From Coprothermobacterota bacterium (GTDB lineage Bacteria > Coprothermobacterota > HKB111), in assembly GCA_037440465.1 (NCBI GenBank), contig JBBIUB010000006.1:1-64000 (forward strand): a stretch of DNA of 64,000 bases, written 5' to 3'. The notes under the pieces were generated by a model that saw nothing but the letters and a program-made list of their open reading frames with translations, made no database searches and was not told the origin of the DNA. A program made the translations under genes and the position numbers. Position 1 is the stretch's first letter. Every line of letters starts with the position of its first letter. Below are positions 1 to 10,367 of the stretch, in pieces.

Positions 1-179
1 GCTTCGCTCGCAAAGACAGGCCAAGGGGGGATTGAGGGGGATGTGCCTAGTCTGTTTTAAAAGCCCTTTTTAAGGTTTAGTCTGGTAAAATATCCTGTAC
101 AGATTAACTTCTTATTATACTTTCTTATAAGTTATAAGAGCTGTGTATTTTTTTGATAAATGATTCATGGAGGAATAAA

Positions 180-1352
180 TTGGAAAAGAATGTAGTTGAA
201 AAATCAAAAGCCTTAGAATCTTATATCATAAATAAGAGGAGAGAATTTCACAAATACCCCGAGGTAAAGTTTGAAGAGGTAAGGACATCGGCCATTGTGG
301 CTGAAGAATTAAACAAACTTGGCCTTGAGGTGACAACAGGTGTTGCAAAAACCGGTGTGACAGGTGTTTTAAGAGGAAAAGTAGAAAAGATGGTAGCCTT
401 AAGGGCAGATATGGATGCTCTACCTTTAGAAGAAAATAACGATTTACCTTACAAATCCACAGTTCCAGGAAAGATGCATGCCTGCGGTCATGACGCTCAT
501 ACCGCCATGCTTTTAGGTACAGCCAGGGTGCTATCAGAGATGAAAGATGAACTTAACGGTAGTGTTAAATTTATCTTTCAACCTGGGGAGGAAGGTGGTG
601 GTGGAGCCAGAATCATGATTGAGGAAGGCGTTTTGAAGGGTGTTGATGCTATATTTGGTCTGCATGTCTGGGCGGAGTTTCCATCTGGGGTTATTGCCAC
701 TAAAGAAGGTCCCATTCTGGCATCATCAGATGGTTTTGTAATTTCTATTCAGGGGAAAGGTGGCCATGCAGCCGCCCCACACCTGACCAGTGACCCCACA
801 GTTCCTGCAGTTGATATTTACAATGCTTTACAGAAGGTAGTATCTAAAAATATTAGTCCCCTGGAGCCTGTGGTCATCACTACCCCAATTATTAATGGCA
901 GTAATGCATATAACATCATACCGGATAGAGCAGAAGTGAGGGGAACTTTTAGAACCTTTGATATGAAAATAAGAGAAGGAGTTATAGAAAGAATAAAAGA
1001 AATTTCAGAGAATTATGCCCGGGCCTGGAGATGCGAAGCATCGGTAGAACTCTCAAGAGAACCTTATCCCCCAACCATAAATGACCCTGAAATGACCAGA
1101 TTTATGAAAAAGGTGGCAGAAACGATTGCTCCTGTTAGAGAAGCAGAAAAGAGGATGGGAGCTGAGGACTTTTCATTTTACCTTCAACAGATACCCGGCT
1201 CTTTAGCCCTGCTGGGGATTAAGAATGAAGAAAAGGAAATTACCTACCCTCATCATCATCCAAGATTTGATGTGGATGAAGGAGTTCTGTATCTCGGGAC
1301 TGCTTTCTATGCCTTGTTGGCTTATAGGTATCTTAAAGAGTTTAGTAAGTAG
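180..1352 (+). CDS. M20D family amidohydrolase/carboxypeptidase
   Basis: Motifs LRADMDALP, MHACGHDAH, FQPGEE, GGHAA, AEDF, HHHPRFD. Start re-called to TTG at 180 after GGAGG. Confidence 0.9.
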   Translation: MEKNVVEKSKALESYIINKRREFHKYPEVKFEEVRTSAIVAEELNKLGLEVTTGVAKTGVTGVLRGKVEKMVALRADMDALPLEENNDLPYKSTVPGKMHACGHDAHTAMLLGTARVLSEMKDELNGSVKFIFQPGEEGGGGARIMIEEGVLKGVDAIFGLHVWAEFPSGVIATKEGPILASSDGFVISIQGKGGHAAAPHLTSDPTVPAVDIYNALQKVVSKNISPLEPVVITTPIINGSNAYNIIPDRAEVRGTFRTFDMKIREGVIERIKEISENYARAWRCEASVELSREPYPPTINDPEMTRFMKKVAETIAPVREAEKRMGAEDFSFYLQQIPGSLALLGIKNEEKEITYPHHHPRFDVDEGVLYLGTAFYALLAYRYLKEFSK

Positions 1353-1425
1353 ATTTATTATGTAAAATAGGATAGGCTAAAGTCTAAAAAAGTACTAGAA
1401 ATATACTAATTAATACTAAAAGGAG

Positions 1426-2619
1426 ATGAGAATTGTGAGTAAAGAAGCGATAGAATTAGCAAATATGTACAGCGCCCGAAACTACCTTCCTTTACCAGTG
1501 GTACTATCCTGGGGAGAAGGAGTGTGGGTGGAAGACCCAGAAGGTCGCCGTTATTTGGATATGTTGAGTTGTTATTCTGCCCTCAACCATGGCCATCGCC
1601 ACCCAAAGCTCATTCAGGCGTTAAGGGAGCAGGCAGATAGAATTACTCTCACTTCCCGTGCTTTTCATAATGACCAAATTGGGCCTCTTTCAGCTAAACT
1701 GGCTAAACTGTGCGGGCGTGATATGGTCTTACTTATGAATACGGGTGTGGAAGCAGTGGAAACAGCACTCAAAGCTGCCCGCCGCTGGGGATACAGGGCA
1801 AAGGGTGTGTCAATTGATGAAGCAGAAATAATAGTATGTGAAGGAAACTTCCACGGTAGGACCATTACTGCTGTTTCTTTTTCTTCTCATAAGGAGTATC
1901 GCCAGAATTTTGGTCCTTTTACTCCTGGATTTAAGGTGATACCATACGGGGATGTAGAGACTCTAAAAAAGGCAATAACACCTAAAACTGTGGCTTTTCT
2001 GGTGGAACCCATCCAAGGCGAAGCAGGGGTGGTTATTCCGCCTCCCGGATTTATATCTGAAGCTGCCCGAATATGTAAAGAAAACCAGGTACTTCTTCTG
2101 GCTGATGAGATTCAGACCGGTCTGGGTCGAACCGGTAAGGTTTTTGGTTGCGACTGGGAAGATGTAAAGCCCGATGTTTACATCCTGGGAAAGGCTCTGG
2201 GTGGTGGAATAATTCCTATCTCAGCCGCAGTGGCAGACAGGGAGGTTATGGGGCTTTTTGAACCCGGTTCTCACGGTTCTACTTTTGGTGGAAACCCCCT
2301 GGCCTGCGCGGTAGCCATATCAGCACTGGATGTACTGGAAGAAGAGAAGTTGCCTGAACGTTCCAATGATATGGGCGCATATGTTCTTAATGAACTTAAG
2401 AAACGAACAACCCATCCTGAAATCAAAGAAATTAGGGGCCGCGGGCTCTTTGTAGGGGTGGAGCTCCATGTGCGTGCCCGTCCTTTCTGTGAGAAATTGA
2501 TGGAGGAAGGACTCCTTTGTAAAGAAACCCACGATAATGTTATCCGTTTTGCTCCACCACTGGTAATAACCAGAGAAGAGCTTGATTGGGCACTGGAACG
2601 GGTCACCAGGGTATTGTAA
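1426..2619 (+). CDS. rocD: Ornithine--oxo-acid aminotransferase (PLP class III)
   Basis: [58 protein letters not shown]. Confidence 0.9.
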   Translation: MRIVSKEAIELANMYSARNYLPLPVVLSWGEGVWVEDPEGRRYLDMLSCYSALNHGHRHPKLIQALREQADRITLTSRAFHNDQIGPLSAKLAKLCGRDMVLLMNTGVEAVETALKAARRWGYRAKGVSIDEAEIIVCEGNFHGRTITAVSFSSHKEYRQNFGPFTPGFKVIPYGDVETLKKAITPKTVAFLVEPIQGEAGVVIPPPGFISEAARICKENQVLLLADEIQTGLGRTGKVFGCDWEDVKPDVYILGKALGGGIIPISAAVADREVMGLFEPGSHGSTFGGNPLACAVAISALDVLEEEKLPERSNDMGAYVLNELKKRTTHPEIKEIRGRGLFVGVELHVRARPFCEKLMEEGLLCKETHDNVIRFAPPLVITREELDWALERVTRVL

Positions 2620-2641
2620 GTAGTTATAAAATGTTCTTAAG

Positions 2642-3613
2642 ATGGGTTACGAGCCTTATTACCTTAAACTATATAAGAACAGTGAACTGGACGAAAGGAT
2701 AGAGAAGCTCTATAAAGTTTTAGAGAACTGTACTCTTTGCCCCAGAAGGTGCGAGAAGAACCGACTCCAGGATGAAAAAGGGGTCTGTAGGGCAGGCAAG
2801 GACACGGAGATCTCCAGCTACGGTCCTCATTTTGGTGAGGAGGAACCGCTGGTTGGTTCAAGCAGGTTGTTTATCCCCCGTCTGGGGAAACTTACTCCTG
2901 CCGGTGGTTCAGGCACTATATTTTTAACCAACTGTAATCTGAAGTGTATCTTTTGTCAGAACTATGACATAAGCCATCAAGGTATGGGAACACTGGTATC
3001 TTCAGAGAGGGTAGCCAGGATGATGATAGAACTTCAAGAGGTAGGTTGTCATAATATAAACTTTGTCACTCCCACTCACTACACGCCCCAGCTTGTAAAA
3101 GCGTTGAAGAAAGCCATAGAGTTGGGTCTTCGTCTTCCCATAGTATATAACTGTGGTGGTTATGAAGAAGTGGAGACCATAAAACTTCTGGATGGAATAG
3201 TCGATATTTACATGCCAGATATAAAGTACGGTTCTGAAGAGGCTGCGAAGAAATACTCTAATGCTCCTGATTACTTTACTAAGTGTCAAGAAGCTGTAAA
3301 AGAGATGCACAGTCAGGTGGGAGACCTCAAAATGGACGATAGAGGAATAGCTTATCGTGGTCTTCTTATAAGGCATCTCGTGCTTCCCAACGGTCTTGCT
3401 GGTAGTAAAGAAGTCCTGGAGTTTATAGTAAAAAAACTGTCTCCCGACAGTTATGTAAACATTATGGACCAATACCGCCCCATGTTCCGGGCGGGAGAGT
3501 ACCGGGAATTAAGCAGAACCATAACGCGTGATGAGTTTTATAAAGTGATAAATCTGGCAAAGGAAATGGGGCTCAACCGTTTTAGACGTGATTATTCACT
3601 GGTAAAGCCGTGA
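2642..3613 (+). CDS. Radical SAM protein, PflX-like
   Basis: CTLCPRRC, GPHFGEE, CNLKCIFCQN (CxxxCxxC), RHLVLP, NIMDQYRP. Confidence 0.85.
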   Translation: MGYEPYYLKLYKNSELDERIEKLYKVLENCTLCPRRCEKNRLQDEKGVCRAGKDTEISSYGPHFGEEEPLVGSSRLFIPRLGKLTPAGGSGTIFLTNCNLKCIFCQNYDISHQGMGTLVSSERVARMMIELQEVGCHNINFVTPTHYTPQLVKALKKAIELGLRLPIVYNCGGYEEVETIKLLDGIVDIYMPDIKYGSEEAAKKYSNAPDYFTKCQEAVKEMHSQVGDLKMDDRGIAYRGLLIRHLVLPNGLAGSKEVLEFIVKKLSPDSYVNIMDQYRPMFRAGEYRELSRTITRDEFYKVINLAKEMGLNRFRRDYSLVKP

Positions 3614-3666
3614 CGAGTGACGAGTAAGGTGAGAAGAACTATGAAAGTTTACATAAGTGAGCTGAG

Positions 3667-4704
3667 ATGCTATATATAGACGGCAGTCAGAAATCAGGCT
3701 CAGGTACTATCGTAAGGACCTCGGTAGCCCTAGCGACTTTACTTAGTAAGGAGCTTTACATTGGCAATGTTAGAGCCAAACGCTCCAAACCTGGCCTGAG
3801 AGCCCAGCATCTGGAGGCAGTGAGGACCTGTGCCCTTCTCTGCGGCGGAACCTTAGAAGGAGCAGAGGTGGGATCCAGGGAGGTACGCTTCAAACCTGGA
3901 GGCGAAATAAAGGGTGGTTTTTATGAGAGGGACATTGGTACCGCTGGCTCCACCACCATGCTGGCTTCGGGTCTCCTTCCCCTTTCTTCCTTTGCCCATA
4001 GTCCTACCACCTTTCGTCTGATAGGTGGCCTTTTCCAGGACTTTGCTCCTTCTGGATATCATATGAAGCATATCCTTCTTCCCACCTTAGGAAAGATGGG
4101 AGTGAGTGCCGAACTGGAGATGGAGCGACCGGGGTATGTACCCACGGGTGGAGGAATTCTAAAGCTATCTGTTAAACCAGTAGAAGTGATAAGGCCATTG
4201 AAGCTTCTAAAGCAGGGGAGGGTGGTGAAGATTAAAGGGATAGCCATCTCTTCTCATCTTGAAGAGAGAAAGGTTAGCGAGAGGATGGCAAAAGAGTGCA
4301 TCAAGGTCTTAAGGTCCCGAAGGTACGAGCCAGAGATAAGTATTGTCCATGACACCACCGCTATTCAGCCCGGAGCTGCCCTGTCCCTCTGGACAGAAAC
4401 AGATACCGGTTGTCTCATAGGGATGGACCAGGCAGGAGAGCCCCGAAGGCGAGCGGAAGAGATAGGAAAATATGTAGCTTTGAACCTTCTTAAGGATTTG
4501 GACAGCGGTGCCACTGTGGACCGTTATCTGGCAGACCAGTTAATCCTTTACTGCGCCCTGGCAGAGGGGGAGAGCGAATACATCATACCTGAAATTACCG
4601 AGCACATAGAGACCCTTATCTGGCTTATGGAGGTTATTTTGGGTGTAAAGGTGGAGGTCAAAGGAAACCACCTTAGAATTGAAGGTGTGGGGTACCACCT
4701 GTAA
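3667..4704 (+). CDS. rtcA: RNA 3'-terminal phosphate cyclase
   Basis: IDGS..SGSGTIVR, RSKPGLRAQHL, TAGSTT, GYVPTGGG, YLADQL, catalytic TEH. Confidence 0.9.
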   Translation: MLYIDGSQKSGSGTIVRTSVALATLLSKELYIGNVRAKRSKPGLRAQHLEAVRTCALLCGGTLEGAEVGSREVRFKPGGEIKGGFYERDIGTAGSTTMLASGLLPLSSFAHSPTTFRLIGGLFQDFAPSGYHMKHILLPTLGKMGVSAELEMERPGYVPTGGGILKLSVKPVEVIRPLKLLKQGRVVKIKGIAISSHLEERKVSERMAKECIKVLRSRRYEPEISIVHDTTAIQPGAALSLWTETDTGCLIGMDQAGEPRRRAEEIGKYVALNLLKDLDSGATVDRYLADQLILYCALAEGESEYIIPEITEHIETLIWLMEVILGVKVEVKGNHLRIEGVGYHL

Positions 4705-4719
4705 AACGGGACCTGTAGA

Positions 4720-4873
4720 ATGGGAGTCTCTGTAAAAATCAGAGGTATCTATACCACCGCTTTAAGCCAGCTTTTTACAGAGTGTAATTATTTCATCGTC
4801 CAGTCATCCTCTGAGATGAAAGGAAGATTCTCCTGGTACAGAAGGCTTCAACCGGAAGGGACACCCAGGGTGG
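4720..4873 (+). pseudogene. 5' fragment of FAU-1-like (DUF402) RNA-binding ribonuclease
   Basis: VKIRGIYTTALSQLF...IVQSS....RF resembles the N-terminus of archaeal FAU-1 (VRIRGIYSTALTKLL..IVQPS...ERF, from memory). The frame runs into the convergent gene after about 50 codons. Confidence 0.65.
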
Positions 4874-5527
4874 TCAATCTTCTACTTTTGCTCCACACTC
4901 TGTGCAGAATTTAGCCCCGGCTTTTAGTTTAGCACCACATTGAGTACATTGAGCCTGAGCAAGAATCTTTGCACCGCATTCCGGGCAGAACTTGGTTTTA
5001 GTTGATAGAGGTTTTTTGCAGTTGGGACATGTAGCTCTAACTCCCTCGCGCCAGCTTTCTGTCTTAAGCATTTTCCTGTCTTCTTCAGCCATTTTGGAAT
5101 GAGCCCAGATTTCTCCAACTGTACGGCTGGCTTGAGCTGCAGCCATTTCAACCCCTAAGTCTGGCGCACACTCTTTACATAAGCCTTTGTTTTCATTCCA
5201 ACAACTCTTACGACACACCCAGGAAGAACAGCGTGGACATTGAATAAAATCTGGTTTAAGCTCTTCCATTGCTTTGAGAAATGCAGCATCGTGAGCTTTT
5301 TCCCAATTGACAGACTTTACCTGTTCACTAATTTCAGCTGCTTTCCCAAAAATTCCACCTATTAAGCCGCCTGCAGTTCCCAGAGCACTGGAAACAGTTC
5401 CAATAGTTGAAGCTTTAAAACTGGTTCGAAATCCAGTGCCACAACGGTCACAGTAAAACTCGAATTGAAAACCCTTGTCAGTGCTCAGGTCGGAATAATT
5501 TCTGGTGAACTCAATTTTTTCACTCAT
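4874..5527 (-). CDS. Multi-zinc-ribbon (DZR) protein
   Basis: Many CxxC pairs (CDRC, CPRC, CKEC, CPNC, CPEC, CTQC, CTEC). AGGAGGTG upstream of ATG at 5527. Confidence 0.8.
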   Translation of the reverse strand: MSEKIEFTRNYSDLSTDKGFQFEFYCDRCGTGFRTSFKASTIGTVSSALGTAGGLIGGIFGKAAEISEQVKSVNWEKAHDAAFLKAMEELKPDFIQCPRCSSWVCRKSCWNENKGLCKECAPDLGVEMAAAQASRTVGEIWAHSKMAEEDRKMLKTESWREGVRATCPNCKKPLSTKTKFCPECGAKILAQAQCTQCGAKLKAGAKFCTECGAKVED

Positions 5528-5561
5528 AGTTTTCACCTCCTTTCATTTTTTCATTTCGTTC

Positions 5562-6548
5562 TTATTCTATTCCCACAAGGACTTTGATATACTGGAGTCT
5601 TTCATAGAGCTCAGGACGATCACTTTGCAGCTGACTTAGTTTGCCTCGTATCTGGTCAATAGAGTCAAAGCTATGGGTTTTCATCCATTCATTTATATCC
5701 TCAAGAATGTTGTTGATATGCCCCAATCCTTTAAGATATAGAGTGGAGCAGATCTGAACAGCGGTAGCTCCTGCGAGTATCTGTTTGATGACCCCAGCAC
5801 CATCATGTATGCCAGTAGAGGCTGTAATATCACATTTCAAACGACCACTTAGAAGAGCAACCCAGCGAAGAGGTAAACTCATTTCATCTGGTGAACTAAA
5901 CCTGTGCCCAGGAACGATTGTAAGCTTTTCAAGGTCTATATCCAGCTGGTAGAAACGGTTAAAGAGTACCAGGGCAGAAACACCTCGTTTGTCAAGCTCT
6001 TTAGCCATCAAGGCTATGGAGGTAAAGTAAGGACCAATCTTCACCATTATGGGAATGTCTACAATAGCCTTCACTTCTTCAAAGATTTTGAGAAACAACT
6101 GTTCAATGTTCTGGCCACTTAGATTAGGGTCACTGGGCATCATTGATATATTAAGTTCTATGGCATCAGCTCCTGCCTCTTCAATCTGGTTAGCATAGTT
6201 AACCCACCATTTGGGTGTTATACAATTAAGGCTGGCAATTATCGGTATAGACACTATTTTCTTTGCTTCTTCAACAAGCTTCAGGTATTCCCTGGGTCCC
6301 ATTTCCATACCTAATCTACCTACATATTCCACAGCCTCAGGATGCCAGCCTGGTTGCAGAACATGTTCTAAGTATCTGGCTTCAGCCTGAATTTGTTCTT
6401 CGAAAAGGGATTTTAATACCACTGCACCCACTCCGGCATCAGCTAAGCGGCGAACCCCCTCTGGAGTGGAAGATAAACTGGAACTGGCTGCAATAATAGG
6501 GTTGGTCAGGTTTAGTCCTGCATAATTAGTAGATAGATTAACAGCCAT
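5562..6548 (-). CDS. Dihydroorotate dehydrogenase-like flavoprotein
   Basis: LTNPIIAASS, VVLKSLFEEQI, IASLN, DAIELN, VLFNRFYQ, ASTGIH, GATAVQ. Confidence 0.85.
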   Translation of the reverse strand: MAVNLSTNYAGLNLTNPIIAASSSLSSTPEGVRRLADAGVGAVVLKSLFEEQIQAEARYLEHVLQPGWHPEAVEYVGRLGMEMGPREYLKLVEEAKKIVSIPIIASLNCITPKWWVNYANQIEEAGADAIELNISMMPSDPNLSGQNIEQLFLKIFEEVKAIVDIPIMVKIGPYFTSIALMAKELDKRGVSALVLFNRFYQLDIDLEKLTIVPGHRFSSPDEMSLPLRWVALLSGRLKCDITASTGIHDGAGVIKQILAGATAVQICSTLYLKGLGHINNILEDINEWMKTHSFDSIDQIRGKLSQLQSDRPELYERLQYIKVLVGIE

Positions 6549-6801
6549 AACATACCTCCTTTTTAAAAATCCAACAAGTATATTGAATCCTGAGAAATTA
6601 TAACATGATAACCTTCCTCAAAAACTGCCAAAAGTTTGCCTATGTTCTTAGCTCGAGGAGTGTTCTTCCGATATCATTTATATAGTTTATAATAGAGTTA
6701 AAGCCAGATAAGTATGAATATTGATACTGAAAAACTGGCTGAGATAAAATACTTGAGATATATTTTTAAAGTCTTTAAATAAAAATATAAAGGAGGTTGT
6801 G

Positions 6802-7866
6802 GTGGATTTTCCGAGACTTAGCATCAATTTAGAGAAGCTAAGACATAACTATGTGAGTTTAAGAACCCTCTGCGGTTCCTACGGTATAGATTTGGTACCT
6901 GTTACTAAGGTTGCCTTAAGTGAACCAGCCATAGTAAGTGCTTTTGTGGAAGTTGGTGCTGAAACTATAAGTGATTCCAGACTTCCCAATCTAAAAAGGA
7001 TTAAGGATAATTTTAATGTAAAGACAATGCTTCTTCGAATGCTACCACCACGATTGGCAGGAGAGACTGTTGAGCTTGCTGATATTTCTACTAATTCTGA
7101 GTTATCTACTATCAGTGCCCTTGGGAAAGCGGCTATTAAAAGAGGAATAAGTCATCAGGTTTTGGTTATGGTAGAGATGGGTGACTTGCGGGAAGGTATA
7201 CCTCAGGAAGAACTTCTTACTTTCCTTGAGGAAGCCCTAAAAGTGAAAGGGGTAGAAATTATCGGATTAGGCTGTAACCTTACCTGCTATGGTGGAGTAA
7301 TCCCCAGTGTTGCAAAGATGGAGAAACTTTACAGTCTCAAGAGAAAAGCTGAGAAAGAGCTGGGAATCAAGATGCCTGTTCTTTCAGGAGGGTCTTCTAA
7401 TTTAATTCATCTTCTTTTGAAAGGTGTTCATCTCCCTATAAACCAGATGAGAGTAGGTGAAGGGATTTTTCTGGGAGTTGAGGCTATAAATAAAAATCCT
7501 ATACCAGGACTTTACCTTGATATTTTCAAACTTGAAGCGGAGGTTATAGAAGTTAAGATTAAGCCATCCCTACCTCGCGGAAGAAGAACTGTAAACGCCT
7601 TTGATGAAGTAACTCACTTTCGTGATTTTGGTAGAAGAAAGAGGGCTCTTCTGGCTCTGGGACGGCAGGATGTCATGCTGGGTGGCTTGAAGCCACGAGA
7701 TGAAGGAATTATGATACTGGGTGCTTCCTCTGACCATATGGTTCTGGATGTTGAAGAAAGTGAGAAGGGGATAAAGGTTGGCGATGTTCTATCCTTCAGT
7801 GTTAATTATGGTGCCCTTCTTCAAGCTATGACCTCACCCTTTGTGGTTAAAGCTTATTCTGAATAA
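6802..7866 (+). CDS. Alanine/ornithine racemase family PLP enzyme
   Basis: PVTK (PLP Lys), DSRL.NL, EMGDLREG, GCNLTCYGG, SGGSS, GASSDH. AAGGAGG precedes GTG. Confidence 0.85.
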   Translation: MDFPRLSINLEKLRHNYVSLRTLCGSYGIDLVPVTKVALSEPAIVSAFVEVGAETISDSRLPNLKRIKDNFNVKTMLLRMLPPRLAGETVELADISTNSELSTISALGKAAIKRGISHQVLVMVEMGDLREGIPQEELLTFLEEALKVKGVEIIGLGCNLTCYGGVIPSVAKMEKLYSLKRKAEKELGIKMPVLSGGSSNLIHLLLKGVHLPINQMRVGEGIFLGVEAINKNPIPGLYLDIFKLEAEVIEVKIKPSLPRGRRTVNAFDEVTHFRDFGRRKRALLALGRQDVMLGGLKPRDEGIMILGASSDHMVLDVEESEKGIKVGDVLSFSVNYGALLQAMTSPFVVKAYSE

Positions 7867-7982
7867 TACCTTGCTTCTTGTGAATATTACGAAGCATAAA
7901 TTTGCATTATAGAGAAACCTTGAGAATGGTAAATGAGTGGGATATTCTAAAAAGAGGTATAAAATAAAATGAGGGAAATATT

Positions 7983-8387
7983 ATGATATTCCATCAGGAA
8001 GATTATGCCATTATATTATTTGATGAAGATGTACCGTGTGTGGTCATAGAGTGGATCACTTATACAAAGAGTCAGCAATTTCGCGATATTCTAAATAGAA
8101 CCCTGGAGGCATATAAGTTTTTTACATTGAAACACAATAAACTACACTGGATTATTGATGCCCGAAATTTTTTGCCTGTACTACCCCAAGATATTGATTG
8201 GGCTATTGGGGAACTCAACCCACGCTTATTGGCTTCTGGGTTAAAGTACATGGCTATTATTGATGCTGAAAATGAGTATGCCAGGGCACGTATGGATGAA
8301 TATATTAATAGAACAGATTTTACACACTTAATTATCAGAACCTTCAAATCACTTGAGGAAGCAAAGGATTGGTTGAAGACCTGTTAA
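7983..8387 (+). CDS. Hypothetical protein, STAS/SpoIIAA-like
   Basis: WIIDAR, DIDW, GLKYMA and C-terminal FKSLEEAKDWL are typical of SpoIIAA-like small proteins. Confidence 0.55.
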   Translation: MIFHQEDYAIILFDEDVPCVVIEWITYTKSQQFRDILNRTLEAYKFFTLKHNKLHWIIDARNFLPVLPQDIDWAIGELNPRLLASGLKYMAIIDAENEYARARMDEYINRTDFTHLIIRTFKSLEEAKDWLKTC

Positions 8388-8507
8388 AGTCAACGATTAT
8401 ATCCTTGGATTACAAAAAATATTTTGATAAATAGTTATAATTATTTAGTGTTATCTTACCACTACCTGTGATAGTGGGTAGTATTAAGTAGAAAGGAGGA
8501 CAATCTT

Positions 8508-8753
8508 ATGATGTGGGGAAACTGGGCTCCTTTTTTTGGGCCTTTAATGGTTTTGGTAATGATATTAACCTGGATTTTGGCACTGACTCTCTTTGTTTCA
8601 GTTATCCTGACTATATACTATTATGTTTCAGGAAAGGAGGAAGAGTTTAAACGAGCTAAAAAGATCTTGATTGTTGTCCTGATAGTATTCTTGGCTATTG
8701 CTGTGTTGACCCTTTTAATTCTTCTTCCTACCCCAGGCGTTAACAGCACTTGA
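8508..8753 (+). CDS. Small two-TM membrane protein
   Basis: AAGGAGG RBS, two hydrophobic stretches, followed by a terminator. Confidence 0.65.
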   Translation: MMWGNWAPFFGPLMVLVMILTWILALTLFVSVILTIYYYVSGKEEEFKRAKKILIVVLIVFLAIAVLTLLILLPTPGVNST

Positions 8754-8764
8754 TAAATTAACTC

Positions 8765-8787
8765 CTCTCCCGTGTGGAGAGTTTTTT
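8765..8787 (+). terminator. Rho-independent terminator
   Basis: CTCTCC-cgtgt-GGAGAG followed by T6. Confidence 0.65.
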
Positions 8788-8987
8788 AAATAATTAGGGA
8801 CGCTTCTCAATTATTTATAATCTTCCTCAATCACATTTTTTAGAAAAGTGGGTGATGGGGAGGATAGAGCCTATCCCGTACTCGATACGGGGTTGGGGGT
8901 GGTACTAAGGCGGAGAAAAGCTGACGGACTCTTGTTCCCAGGCTGAAAACCTTACCGTAGGTCTATTCTACTAATTTAGGAGGTTTT

Positions 8988-9587
8988 ATGTACGATATTG
9001 AAAGTATAGAAAGTTGTGATACTAAAAAAACAGACCGACTTCCACCGGGTCAGTATGAAGTTAAAGAGTGGCCTGTCTTACATGCTGGCAAGGTTCCTTT
9101 TATTGATATGGACAAATGGAATTTTCACATCTTTGGGTTGGTGGATAAAGAAGTCGTTCTTAATTATCAAGAATTTTTAGCTTTACCTCAAATAGAGATC
9201 TATGCTGATTTTCACTGCGTGGAAAGGTGGTCCAGGCTCGGGAATCTCTGGAAGGGTGTAAGTAGTCGGGTGATAATTGAATTAGTCAGACCTTTACCAG
9301 AAGCTAAGTTCGTCATAATCCATGCTGAAGGAGGTTTTACCACCAACCTTGCCCTGGAAGATTTCCTTAGAGAAGATGTTCTTTTTGCTTTCCAGCATGA
9401 TGGTAGAGATTTAACTCCAGAACATGGCTATCCTTTGAGACTGGTAGTTCCAGGATTATATTTCTGGAAAAGTACTAAATGGGTAAGGGGAATAGAATAT
9501 GTTTCAGAAGATAAGCCTGGATTCTGGGAAAAAAGGGGCTATCACCATAGAGGAGACATCTGGAAAGAAGAAAGATTCGAAGAATAA
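8988..9587 (+). CDS. Sulfite-oxidase-like molybdopterin-binding oxidoreductase (YuiH-like)
   Basis: RLPPGQ, WPVLH, DFHCV, HGYPLRLVVP.LYFWKS.KW, GFWE.RGYH. Confidence 0.85.
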   Translation: MYDIESIESCDTKKTDRLPPGQYEVKEWPVLHAGKVPFIDMDKWNFHIFGLVDKEVVLNYQEFLALPQIEIYADFHCVERWSRLGNLWKGVSSRVIIELVRPLPEAKFVIIHAEGGFTTNLALEDFLREDVLFAFQHDGRDLTPEHGYPLRLVVPGLYFWKSTKWVRGIEYVSEDKPGFWEKRGYHHRGDIWKEERFEE

Positions 9588-9623
9588 TTAGGGACGTTTC
9601 TAAATATATTTGTTATAAAAAAC

Positions 9624-9698
9624 TGGTAGCGCTGCGGGGAATCGAACCCCGGTTTGCGGATTGAGAGCCCGCTGAACTAACCCCTGTTCTACAGCGCC
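9624..9698 (-). tRNA. tRNA-Glu (anticodon CTC)
   Basis: Reverse complement folds into a cloverleaf: acceptor GGCGCTG/CAGCGCT, D stem GAAC/GTTC, anticodon stem GCGGG/TCCGC with loop CT-CTC-AA, T stem CGGGG/CCCCG with TTCGATT, encoded CCA. Confidence 0.92.
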
Positions 9699-9743
9699 AC
9701 ATAAAATATATTATATCACGCTTTTAAATCTCAAAAAGAGCTT

Positions 9744-10367
9744 TTATTGTGATATATCCTTCATTTTCATCTTTTTTCTTTTATCCCGTAAGTACATACC
9801 ATAGCCTCTGGCTATTAGCGTTAAACCCATAGCGATAATAAGAAGGGCGTGAGGGAAAAAGCCATATCGAGATAAAACAAGTATAAAAATGGATAACAAA
9901 GCGAAAGTACTCATGATTGGGGCAGGTCCTACAAATGGCAAGTATTTAGGTAGTGAGGTGTGTTTATAAAGTGCTAAGGAGAGAATTGCCGGTATTACGG
10001 ATATTAACAATTCAATTGGAAATTTAAAGAAGGAGATTCCAAAAGCAGGTGCTAATCCTCCTCCACCCCTGAAGCCAAATAAGATTGGCCAGCTGTGCCC
10101 AGCCACCACCGCAACAGCACAGAGTATCATGGTGTATGAATCAGTAGTAAACTTCTGAACCATATAGGCTACCAGGACTCCTTTAAGGGCGTCCAGGATT
10201 CCTACAGTTATACCGAAAGTCCAACCAAATTGACGGATTGAACCCGAACCACCCGGGTTATCTTTATCACGAATGTCTACCCCTTTAAAGACCTTACTCA
10301 GGATAACCCCAAAAAGAACAGACCCTATAAGGTAAGAAATAATAATAAGTCCTATATTTAATATCAT
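9744..10367 (-). CDS. plsY: Glycerol-3-phosphate acyltransferase PlsY family
   Basis: SYLIGS, VDIR...NPG, DALKG, GHSWPI.FGFRGG.G, multiple TM helices. Confidence 0.75.
   Translation of the reverse strand: MILNIGLIIISYLIGSVLFGVILSKVFKGVDIRDKDNPGGSGSIRQFGWTFGITVGILDALKGVLVAYMVQKFTTDSYTMILCAVAVVAGHSWPILFGFRGGGGLAPAFGISFFKFPIELLISVIPAILSLALYKHTSLPKYLPFVGPAPIMSTFALLSIFILVLSRYGFFPHALLIIAMGLTLIARGYGMYLRDKRKKMKMKDISQ

Noticed and set aside
3610..3626. Short tandem repeats GTGACGA x2 (also the octamers at 52776-52807 and CAGTAGTCAGAAGTCAG near 50235)
   Set aside because: Too short and too few copies to support phase variation or an array; probably scars.
8850..8987. Moco/tungsten-cofactor riboswitch upstream of the sulfite-oxidase-like gene
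   Set aside because: The GC-rich part is explained by repeat elements and I could not fold a convincing Moco motif. An Infernal/Rfam scan would settle it.
9624..9698. tRNA-targeted integrative element or prophage
   Set aside because: No integrase, no phage genes and no duplicated tRNA 3' end found in the window.
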